A stretch of DNA of 64,000 nucleotides from the IMG/VR virus record IMGVR_UViG_3300046798_000096, positions 4,483-68,482 of that record; one strand, 5' to 3'. The position numbers and the translations under genes are program-made. Under the pieces are notes generated by a model that was not told the origin of the DNA, ran no database searches, and saw only the letters and a list, made by a program, of their open reading frames with translations. Positions 35,253 through 42,319 of this stretch are shown here, in pieces (position 1 is the first letter of the stretch; every line of letters begins with the position of its first letter). Source of the stretch: a virus.

Positions 35253-35449
35253 GATGCTTTCTTTCTCAGTCCGTACTGGACCAGCTTGCGGTAGAGGGTT
35301 GTTCGGCCGATACCCAAAGCCTTGCAGGTTCGGGTGATGTTGGAGTTGTAGTGCTTGAACACGCCACAGACATGTTCGCGCTGCAGCTCTTCCAGAGTTT
35401 TGAACTTCCCGTCGGTGCGTGTGCAGATAATAGTGCTCAGCTCGGTCAT
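35249..35449 (-). CDS. Stand-alone Fis/NtrC-type helix-turn-helix protein
   Basis: TLEELQREHV..V...Y.SNITRTCKALGIGRTTLYRKL.QYG matches the HTH_8 C-terminus of sigma54 enhancer-binding proteins. Confidence 0.85.
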   Translation of the reverse strand: MTELSTIICTRTDGKFKTLEELQREHVCGVFKHYNSNITRTCKALGIGRTTLYRKLVQYGLRKKAS

Positions 35450-35937
35450 CTAACTAGATCTCCCAATTCGATTGGTTGGTACCAGTCCCCCTTGACGACC
35501 TTGCCTTGTTCGTCTTTCACGGGAACACCATCTTTGAGTTTGCTCATGTTCGACAGATAGAGGCGTCGCATCCCTTCGTCGAACACAGGTTCCAAGCCCA
35601 GGGAGAGCACGCTGCCGTCGCCTACGAACCTGCTGTCCAGCAGTGCATCGAAGGCGGCTTCGATGTCGTTGTCGCCCATGGCCTGAGCGAACTCGGTCAG
35701 CTCCTCGGTCATGAGTGCCAGCCGCTGAATGCAAACTGGCTTGTCATCGCTGTCCCGCAGGAAGTCCTTCAGGGCGCGCGTGACGATTCCCAATTGTCGC
35801 GCCGCGACGCGCATTTCGTAGCGCGCATCAGCGCTGGAGCCTGGGATGGACGGCTTACTCGGATTCGGGTACTCGAACACCTGGTGGAACTGCTTCACCA
35901 GGGACAGGCTGCGGTCTCCTTGAGGTACGTCTTCCAT
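35446..35937 (-). CDS. MazG-like/PRA-PH-like NTP pyrophosphohydrolase
   Basis: VKQFH..F, LMTEELTEF, DALLD, SNMSKL.DG.PV.DEQGKVVKG motifs (DR2231-like). Confidence 0.85.
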   Translation of the reverse strand: MEDVPQGDRSLSLVKQFHQVFEYPNPSKPSIPGSSADARYEMRVAARQLGIVTRALKDFLRDSDDKPVCIQRLALMTEELTEFAQAMGDNDIEAAFDALLDSRFVGDGSVLSLGLEPVFDEGMRRLYLSNMSKLKDGVPVKDEQGKVVKGDWYQPIELGDLVR

Positions 35938-36124
35938 TAGGGTCTACTTCTCTCTTGCTGATCTTGTACTCGCAGTTGCTGCCATTATCAGCTGCTGCCT
36001 TGCGAAGTCTCTTAGCTACATTCTTCACTTTGTGCAAGAAGAATGATTCGTATGGCCACTCCCACCACTTGGTACGACCATCACACCTCTGCAGGATGAT
36101 GTACTTGTAGAGTGGTTTGCTCAT
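35855..36124 (-). CDS. Hypothetical basic protein
   Basis: ATGA-coupled start; the 3' end overlaps the MazG gene. Confidence 0.45.
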   Translation of the reverse strand: MSKPLYKYIILQRCDGRTKWWEWPYESFFLHKVKNVAKRLRKAAADNGSNCEYKISKREVDPNGRRTSRRPQPVPGEAVPPGVRVPESE

Positions 36125-36543
36125 ACAATCAGCGCTGCAATCAGTTGCGACTCGCTGATGTTAACCCAGCTCCTGATCTGCAGTACATTGTTGGAGTCCA
36201 TTTCAGCGATGTTGCCTCTGATGCCACCCTCGAACAGTAGCATGGTGCTGGAGCTCCACTCGCTGCCGTTCAGGCCGACCTTCATGCTGAGTAGAGCTTC
36301 GTACTCCCGCAGCAGTGCTCCGCCCTCGGAGCCTACGGTGCATTTTAGCGCGGAGCACATGGCGTACATGAGTGGCTTGTTTGTGGCCAGAATGTACTCA
36401 GCTGCCAGCAGGTAGTAATCGATCGCATCCTTCACGACGGTGTTGGGATGCTGCTGGCAGTACAGCTGATGGTCCAGGCCACATACGAGCAGCCGTCGAC
36501 TGTGCGCCTCATGGTAGCGGCGCGAGATGTTGGTGTTCTTCAC
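36121..36543 (-). CDS. Hypothetical protein
   Basis: GTG coupled to the upstream stop; SD GAGGAG. Confidence 0.5.
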   Translation of the reverse strand: MKNTNISRRYHEAHSRRLLVCGLDHQLYCQQHPNTVVKDAIDYYLLAAEYILATNKPLMYAMCSALKCTVGSEGGALLREYEALLSMKVGLNGSEWSSSTMLLFEGGIRGNIAEMDSNNVLQIRSWVNISESQLIAALIV

Positions 36544-36794
36544 GACTTCTCCTCGGCGGGCTTCTTCCTCAGCTCGTATCCCTGAGTGGCAGCCAGCTCG
36601 GCAAGCAGAGTCCATGGGAACAGCGAAGCGTCGCTGTAGCCATTGTAGCCGCTGCACCGCAGTGCACAGTTGACTCCTTCACCGTCGGCGCTCCACTCCG
36701 CCTCGCGACCCCCACCAGGGTTCTTCTCGTAGACGCACCACTCCCTCTCAGGGTATGTGACCTTCCATCCATCTGGTTTGAACTGCTGGTCCAT
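36540..36794 (-). CDS. Hypothetical protein (leaderless candidate)
   Basis: TTGACA-CTA..-17-CATCAG, 7 nt before the ATG. Confidence 0.55.
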   Translation of the reverse strand: MDQQFKPDGWKVTYPEREWCVYEKNPGGGREAEWSADGEGVNCALRCSGYNGYSDASLFPWTLLAELAATQGYELRKKPAEEKS

Positions 36795-36796
36795 GC

Positions 36797-36830
36797 CCCT
36801 ACTGATGCCGCATCAGTAGGGTAGTGTCAA
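36797..36830 (-). promoter_or_regulatory. Promoter overlapped by an 11-bp perfect dyad (candidate operator)
   Basis: CCCTACTGATG-CGG-CATCAGTAGGG between the -35 and the ATG. Confidence 0.55.
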
Positions 36831-36844
36831 CCCTCTAACTCGTG

Positions 36845-39130
36845 TTAGAAGGGTCGTGTCTCTGAACGATTAGCGACGATACGAGTCTTTCTCGTTCCAG
36901 AGTCCTGAATCACTGATAGCTCGTTCTCCGTGACACCCTTGATGTACACGCGAGCCGTCTTGCCAGTGCTACTGAGCACATAGTCGTCACATGACTCCCA
37001 GTCCAGCTGTTGCATGGCTCCGTCGACCACGCCTGCCTGGTTCGACCGGCGCTCGATCGGGATGTCGATCAGCGACCAGACGTCGTTGCTGCTGATGACA
37101 CCCTCGTGCCCGTCCAGCTGTGACTGCAGCATGTCGAAGATGGGATCGGCTACTCGGTGCGCCTTCTGCACGAGTCCTGCTTGTTCGTACAGGTGTTTGG
37201 ACAGCCGGATGCTCTCGCCCGAGGCTTCACGGAGTGAAGCCTCGGCCCACAGTTGATCTCTGTCTGCAGCGATGGCATCAGGCACCATGTCGCACGTCAG
37301 ATCGATAGGCCAGTAGCGTCTGTTTCCAGTTGGGTCCTGTAGAAACCTTCTTGAATTAGTAGTGCCGAAGAGCACGAACTGACGTGGCACTTCCGTAGCA
37401 AACCTTCCGTAAGCAAGCCGCGCGCGGTCAGAGCACCGTGACAAAAATGCCTTCATGTGCTCCGCGTCACTCTTGCGCATGCCCTTTAATTCAGCAGCCT
37501 CCACGATCCACTTGCCGGAAAGTCTTTCTAGGATGACCTTGGAGTCAGCAGCCAATGGCAAATCATCACAGAACCAATTCTCGTCTGGGCAGAGTCGCTT
37601 CAGGCTCTTGCTCTTCCCTTTACCTTGGTGCGGAGAGATCAACACCAACATCTCGTCAAACTCGCAACCCGGTTTGCGCACTCGCCTCACTGCTGCGAGA
37701 AGCAGCAGCCGTGAAACGGCGCGCGTATACTCGGTATCGGCGGCACCGGCATGTTTGATCAGCCACTCGTCGAGACGAGGCACGCCATCCCACTTCAGAC
37801 CATCAAGATAATCGAGTACAGGATGAAAGCTATTCAACACAGCCATGTCAGTGATCACGTGCGTGAAGAACTCCATCTTCGGCATGAAGTGATACCGATC
37901 GTCCATCTGCAGCCACAGCCGGCGCAAGGAGTCGTCCGTCAGCATTGGTCCGAAGCCCTCCAGCCCCGTCATGTGGATGCGATCAGAAAATCTATCCTTC
38001 TGGAGAGTGACCCCCATGAGCTGCATGGCGAGTCTAATATTATCCTGCGTCGGATACGGAACCCCAGCATCGTTGCGTACAAAGTCCCCATCGGCAGCCC
38101 GCTGGTGGTGCGGCGCCGTAGCATCGCGCAGGGCATCGCCGACAGTGCGCGCAGCGTGCTCACCTTTAATGGCGTCAGCGTGGGCCTTCTCGACCTGCCG
38201 CCGAGCGTAGTGCTCCGGGCCTGGATGTCCCTTGTCGAGCACGCTGGCGCTGATGAGCCACTCCTTGTCCAGCAGCAGGCTGAGGATGATGTGGTCAGGA
38301 ACAGCGAACCGGATCAGCTGGCAGATGCAGTCGTACAGCCAAGCGCTACGGGAGTCGTCCCCCTTCTTGGGCTCGCCAGGGACACGACCCTTGGCGATGA
38401 CCGTGCGCACGCGCATGGGCACCTTCCACTGGTCGAGCATGGAGAGGTCCGTGATGGTCTGTAGGGGCTGCTCATCCCCGCCAAGCAGCCCCTGCTTGGC
38501 AGGCTTGCTCTTCTTGAAGGCCGTGATCGGGTACACCCGGCTCTCGTCAAAGAGCACCAGCTCAGCGAGGGTAGGGACCCGGCCCTTGGCGCGCTTCAGC
38601 TCACCCGGCATGTTCATGGTGCCGGGCAGCCGCATGAGCCGGTCGATGTTGTGGCAGTTGTCGCCGCCTAGGCGCTTCTCCAGCTCGACGTTGAAGAGCT
38701 TGGCCTCTTCTGCTGCCTCGACACTCCCATCGAGCACGATGGGCGTGTCGAGGCGCCAGAGCCCTTGGAAGCCCCCACCCGAGAAGATGATGACCGTGGG
38801 TGCCGGCGTGAAGTGCTGCAGCAAGCCCAGGGCGCGACTTCTGAACGTGACGTCGGCCGTCTCGGTCGGGAGAGGATCGAGGTCAATATGTAGGTAATGG
38901 ACGGCAGCAACGTCAGTTCGCTTCAGCTTCTTCCGTGCGTTGGCATCACGCGCGGGGTTGACGTGGAAATAGACGTTGCGCTGGCCGTTCCAGGCTTCTA
39001 TCCACTGCTCCGCAGCTTCAGGGTCGCTGAAGCTGCGGGTGTCGAGCTTGTCTCTGTCTGGGGTTGCTGCGCTGAGGCACCATGGGCCACCCGGGTAGAG
39101 CAGCTGTAGAAACTCGACGGAAGCGTGCAT
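36845..39130 (-). CDS. Primase-helicase (RepB-like AEP primase + VapE/VirE helicase)
   Basis: NVYFHVNP, LHIDLD, FSGGGFQGLWRL, DRLMRLPGT; C-terminal FDEMLVL...QGKGKS, GTTN...DPTGNRRYWP. Confidence 0.9.
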   Translation of the reverse strand: MHASVEFLQLLYPGGPWCLSAATPDRDKLDTRSFSDPEAAEQWIEAWNGQRNVYFHVNPARDANARKKLKRTDVAAVHYLHIDLDPLPTETADVTFRSRALGLLQHFTPAPTVIIFSGGGFQGLWRLDTPIVLDGSVEAAEEAKLFNVELEKRLGGDNCHNIDRLMRLPGTMNMPGELKRAKGRVPTLAELVLFDESRVYPITAFKKSKPAKQGLLGGDEQPLQTITDLSMLDQWKVPMRVRTVIAKGRVPGEPKKGDDSRSAWLYDCICQLIRFAVPDHIILSLLLDKEWLISASVLDKGHPGPEHYARRQVEKAHADAIKGEHAARTVGDALRDATAPHHQRAADGDFVRNDAGVPYPTQDNIRLAMQLMGVTLQKDRFSDRIHMTGLEGFGPMLTDDSLRRLWLQMDDRYHFMPKMEFFTHVITDMAVLNSFHPVLDYLDGLKWDGVPRLDEWLIKHAGAADTEYTRAVSRLLLLAAVRRVRKPGCEFDEMLVLISPHQGKGKSKSLKRLCPDENWFCDDLPLAADSKVILERLSGKWIVEAAELKGMRKSDAEHMKAFLSRCSDRARLAYGRFATEVPRQFVLFGTTNSRRFLQDPTGNRRYWPIDLTCDMVPDAIAADRDQLWAEASLREASGESIRLSKHLYEQAGLVQKAHRVADPIFDMLQSQLDGHEGVISSNDVWSLIDIPIERRSNQAGVVDGAMQQLDWESCDDYVLSSTGKTARVYIKGVTENELSVIQDSGTRKTRIVANRSETRPF

Positions 39131-39193
39131 GTGGAAGTCAAAGCTCTCTGGTCTGTTACGGGTCTACGAGTGTTTCACCAAGCGCACGTTACG

Positions 39194-39724
39194 TCAAGGA
39201 AGCCCCAGATCCTCGTTCAGCTCTTTCATGGGGATGGAGAGCGCGGTGCACATGGCAGGTCCACGACCTTCAGCAGGCACGAAGGTCTTCAGCTCTGGCC
39301 AGATCTCGATGAGTCGAGCGACGGTGGTCACGCTGTTCATGACTGCCATGCACTTCTGCTTCAGCTCGTAGCGCTTGTCCGTAAGAGCTTTGTCCTTCTC
39401 CTTCCACTTCTGCCAGGCCTTCGCCATCTTTGGGCACAGATCGTTGTTCCTGTACCTGCAGTGGTTCTCTGGGACACGTCGCGTTGTCGACAGGTCTACG
39501 GAGTAGCTGACACCTTGGTAAGTGAACCCAATGGTTTCGGTGTAGCTAAACCACTCGACGGGAGACTGAGTAAGCAGAGCCATTTCCTCGACAGTGAACC
39601 AGCTATCGTACAGCTGCTCAGCGAAGGTTACTTTGTCCTGCTGCAGCTGCTTGAACTGGTCGTCGAAGCGCCGAGACAGCAGCTCTGCGCAGATGGACTC
39701 GCGCATGTCCTTGGTGAGCCTCAC
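39194..39724 (-). CDS. Nmad5-family protein (nucleotide-modification-associated domain 5)
   Basis: MRLTKDMRESI...VMNSVTTVARLIEIWPEL pattern. Confidence 0.75.
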   Translation of the reverse strand: MRLTKDMRESICAELLSRRFDDQFKQLQQDKVTFAEQLYDSWFTVEEMALLTQSPVEWFSYTETIGFTYQGVSYSVDLSTTRRVPENHCRYRNNDLCPKMAKAWQKWKEKDKALTDKRYELKQKCMAVMNSVTTVARLIEIWPELKTFVPAEGRGPAMCTALSIPMKELNEDLGLP

Positions 39725-40221
39725 GACATCACCACTTCCAGCTCACCCCAGATGGTGGGCCACTTGGCGAGCATGTCGTTGAGCTGCCCGCGCATCACGA
39801 TCCAGTGCGCCTCGGGCATCTTGTGCAAGCAGCGTTCGAATGCATCCGACGGAGGCCGCACCATGACGAGGCGCGTGGTGAACCCATACGCCTTGGCGAT
39901 GCCGACGTAGGGCGCGATGCTGTGCACGTTGACGTTGGTGTTGTCCACGACCACATCCGAATGCTTCATCTGCAGGTGTACCGGGGTGCCACCCTCCGGC
40001 TGACCCAGCATCGCAGTGATGAAGTGCGAGCGGCAGTGCTCGACGAAGTTGCGAATGCACTCTCCGTGAGCCAGTGGAGCGTTCTTGGGGTCGAACTTGT
40101 ACTCGCCGCTCTTCTCGTGGAAGTGATCTGCTGAGCAGACTCGTGCGTCAGAACAGTTCGCCTTCACCCACGTTGTCTTGCCCGCTCCGGGGAGTCCGAT
40201 CATGATGATTGCTGTTGGCAT
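39721..40221 (-). CDS. P-loop kinase (AAA_33, polynucleotide-kinase-like)
   Basis: GLPGAGKTT, SADHF, VVVDNTN. Confidence 0.85.
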   Translation of the reverse strand: MPTAIIMIGLPGAGKTTWVKANCSDARVCSADHFHEKSGEYKFDPKNAPLAHGECIRNFVEHCRSHFITAMLGQPEGGTPVHLQMKHSDVVVDNTNVNVHSIAPYVGIAKAYGFTTRLVMVRPPSDAFERCLHKMPEAHWIVMRGQLNDMLAKWPTIWGELEVVMS

Positions 40222-40387
40222 CTAACTTCTCCAGTAACTGTTGTGTGCTCGTCCAATACTCTTGCGCTTCACCGCAGCGTGGGCACTCACACGCTGCTGC
40301 GCATCCCTCCCACGACACCTGACACTTCTCGCACTCCATGTGCTTGGAGTACATGTGATGCGCCGCGAGGTTACCGAGGTAGGTCAC
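40148..40387 (-). CDS. Small zinc-finger protein
   Basis: CEKC..CECPRC. Confidence 0.45.
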   Translation of the reverse strand: MTYLGNLAAHHMYSKHMECEKCQVSWEGCAAACECPRCGEAQEYWTSTQQLLEKLDANSNHHDRTPRSGQDNVGEGELF

Positions 40388-40825
40388 TTAGACCGCCCTT
40401 GCGGCCAGTAGCGCTTGGACTCCGAAGTCCGGCAGTAGGAATGTGGCATCGTGGACGCTATCGAGGCCCACACGATCCGTTTTACGAGCATGGGGGTTGG
40501 GGTCATGCAGGAGCACGCGCCCGAGGTAGAGGACGCAGTGCATTCCGCGCGATGTGGGCCCGCCGGCAATCCACGGGATGGACGGAGCACATCTGTCGAT
40601 CCACGCAAAAAGTCCTTCAGGATCTGCTCCGAACTCCTGGGTAAGGGCGGCGTAGCCCCTGGGCTTGAGCCACTTGAGGAATTCATCATACCACTCCGCG
40701 TCCTCGTACAGGTAGCAGAAGTTTGGGACTTCTGTCACTGGCAAGCCCAGGAGGCTGGCCACACATGCAGCGAAGCAGTTGCCTCGGGGTGTGCCGAATG
40801 TTGTTTGGTCTACGAGCTGTATCAC
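40388..40825 (-). CDS. Papain-like (C39-type) cysteine peptidase homologue
   Basis: QT..GNCFAACVASLL, HCVLY, HDPNP: a Cys-His-Asp arrangement. Confidence 0.55.
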   Translation of the reverse strand: MIQLVDQTTFGTPRGNCFAACVASLLGLPVTEVPNFCYLYEDAEWYDEFLKWLKPRGYAALTQEFGADPEGLFAWIDRCAPSIPWIAGGPTSRGMHCVLYLGRVLLHDPNPHARKTDRVGLDSVHDATFLLPDFGVQALLAARAV

Positions 40826-41016
40826 TTGAAGGCCTGCAACTGATCGATGACTGCCTTGCGAGCAGATGGAAAGTGAGGGGCACCACTACCTTGGAACCAT
40901 CGGTAGAACGTGCTCTTACCGATACCAAGGTAAGCGCAAAGCTCACGAATAGTCCGTGCCTGCCCTGGTGTGGTGCAGGCTTGGGTAAACTGTCTATGGA
41001 ACTCATCTTTAGACAT
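40822..41016 (-). CDS. Cro-like HTH protein
   Basis: TIRELCAYLGIGKSTFYRWFQG..P. Confidence 0.7.
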   Translation of the reverse strand: MSKDEFHRQFTQACTTPGQARTIRELCAYLGIGKSTFYRWFQGSGAPHFPSARKAVIDQLQAFK

Positions 41017-41518
41017 CTGCGAACGACTCGAAACTTTCTCGGACTATTAGTCCTGCTTCCCAGGTGCCCTTCACCCAGGCTCTAGCGTCCTCTAGCTCCT
41101 GCCACGTCTTCGACAACCAGCGCGTGATCTCCGAGGGTGGCATCCCCTTCACCCATCTCACTAGTGCTGACTTGTACAATTCTTGGCGTGTCACCGTATG
41201 CTTGTGGCGAAGGACCCCAGAGTCTGGTGCCGCGAAGAGGATCCACTCTAAACGGTTCGCTTGTAGTAATACAAATGCGGGTCCGCAGGCTCTCCATCGT
41301 CTGTTTAACCAGCGGAACTGATCCTCGGTCAAGGGATGCTCTAAATTCACCGGCGTCGATGAGCGCACGGGCCAGCGCTTCAAGCATTTCGTCTCCACTA
41401 CACTCGTCGTGCAGAAGTAGTCGGGGACCCCCGGCCCCGTTAGCGGGCTCTCGATAGGCCACGGGTCTAGCTCCTGCGTCGCTTGTATCAACGTTCGGCG
41501 TGTTGCTTTCTCTGACAC
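41009..41518 (-). CDS. PD-(D/E)XK Holliday junction resolvase-like nuclease
   Basis: ES..TGPGVPD...VETK...L...Q..W...R...G..FVLLQ. Confidence 0.75.
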   Translation of the reverse strand: MSEKATRRTLIQATQELDPWPIESPLTGPGVPDYFCTTSVVETKCLKRWPVRSSTPVNLEHPLTEDQFRWLNRRWRACGPAFVLLQANRLEWILFAAPDSGVLRHKHTVTRQELYKSALVRWVKGMPPSEITRWLSKTWQELEDARAWVKGTWEAGLIVRESFESFADV

Positions 41519-41840
41519 TACTTAGCTTCCTTCTCCGGCAGGCCTTCACTCGCAGCCAGATAGCGGCCCAGTGCTCGCCAGTCCTCGCTGCTACGACCAA
41601 ACAGAATGCGCGAACGGGTTTCTCCTGCCTGGATGAGTTGCAGCTCAGGCAAGCGGTCACTAAGTTCCTTGAGTCGTGCAGTCTTGCCCGCTGCACGCCC
41701 GTGGTACCGCGGAAACGCAATTTCGGTCGTAAGTGATCGAGCGTGAGCGTCGAGTCCGGTGAGTTGCAGTATACGCACCGAAAGCCATCGCGGGCGTAGA
41801 TCCTCTGTCGCTTCTCTTTGCGAATCCCTGAACGACTCAT
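41082..41840 (-). CDS. HNH endonuclease (first ~107 aa), frame continues across the resolvase gene
   Basis: RDGFRCVYC...TLDHLRP...NLVTACLSCNSSR; SD GGAG. Confidence 0.8.
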   Translation of the reverse strand: MSRSGIRKEKRQRIYARDGFRCVYCNSPDSTLTLDHLRPKLRFRGTTGVQRARLHDSRNLVTACLSCNSSRQEKPVRAFCLVVAARTGEHWAAIWLRVKACRRRKLSSVRESNTPNVDTSDAGARPVAYREPANGAGGPRLLLHDECSGDEMLEALARALIDAGEFRASLDRGSVPLVKQTMESLRTRICITTSEPFRVDPLRGTRLWGPSPQAYGDTPRIVQVSTSEMGEGDATLGDHALVVEDVAGARGR

Positions 41841-42168
41841 CTGCCCACTGCTCCACTAGTTGTTGGATGAAGTTCGGTGTAGGTGTCTTACCTGGTAGTC
41901 GGCCCAGGTTGTACAGGTAGTCTTCGCGGGTGTAGTGCTCCAACTGCTTGGCAGTCATATGCCACTGGTGAGATCCAATGGGATTACCAGTAGCATAGTG
42001 TTTGAACTTATGACGCAGCTTCTGCATTGTAGCGTGCTGCGAAGCGTTCCAGTCCGCAAGCTCGTCGATGTAGATCTGCTTGTAGGTGTGACCATCGACG
42101 TCACGACCAGCTACTGCCCAGAACACACTCTTGCCAGGCTGACGCCCGAGGTCGATGCCGTACTTCAT
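41518..42168 (-). CDS. Miniature terminase-ATPase-like protein
   Basis: GRQPGKS, GHTYKQIYIDELADW, ATGNPIGSHQW; coupled by ATGA upstream and TAGTG downstream. Confidence 0.55.
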   Translation of the reverse strand: MKYGIDLGRQPGKSVFWAVAGRDVDGHTYKQIYIDELADWNASQHATMQKLRHKFKHYATGNPIGSHQWHMTAKQLEHYTREDYLYNLGRLPGKTPTPNFIQQLVEQWADESFRDSQREATEDLRPRWLSVRILQLTGLDAHARSLTTEIAFPRYHGRAAGKTARLKELSDRLPELQLIQAGETRSRILFGRSSEDWRALGRYLAASEGLPEKEAK

Positions 42169-42290
42169 GGCCAGCACTTCACAGGTCCATAGGTCCACTG
42201 GTTTTCAGACACACGGGCCAGGTGCTTTCCTTCTCGCTCTGCGACCACAATTCCGAGGTCGCCTTCAGGGCACACCAGCATCAAGTCCAT
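42165..42290 (-). CDS. Small hypothetical protein
   Basis: 41 aa after polA, coupled to the next gene. Confidence 0.4.
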   Translation of the reverse strand: MDLMLVCPEGDLGIVVAEREGKHLARVSENQWTYGPVKCWP

Positions 42291-42319
42291 CACGTTACCG
42301 TAGACGTATGCCCATCGAA

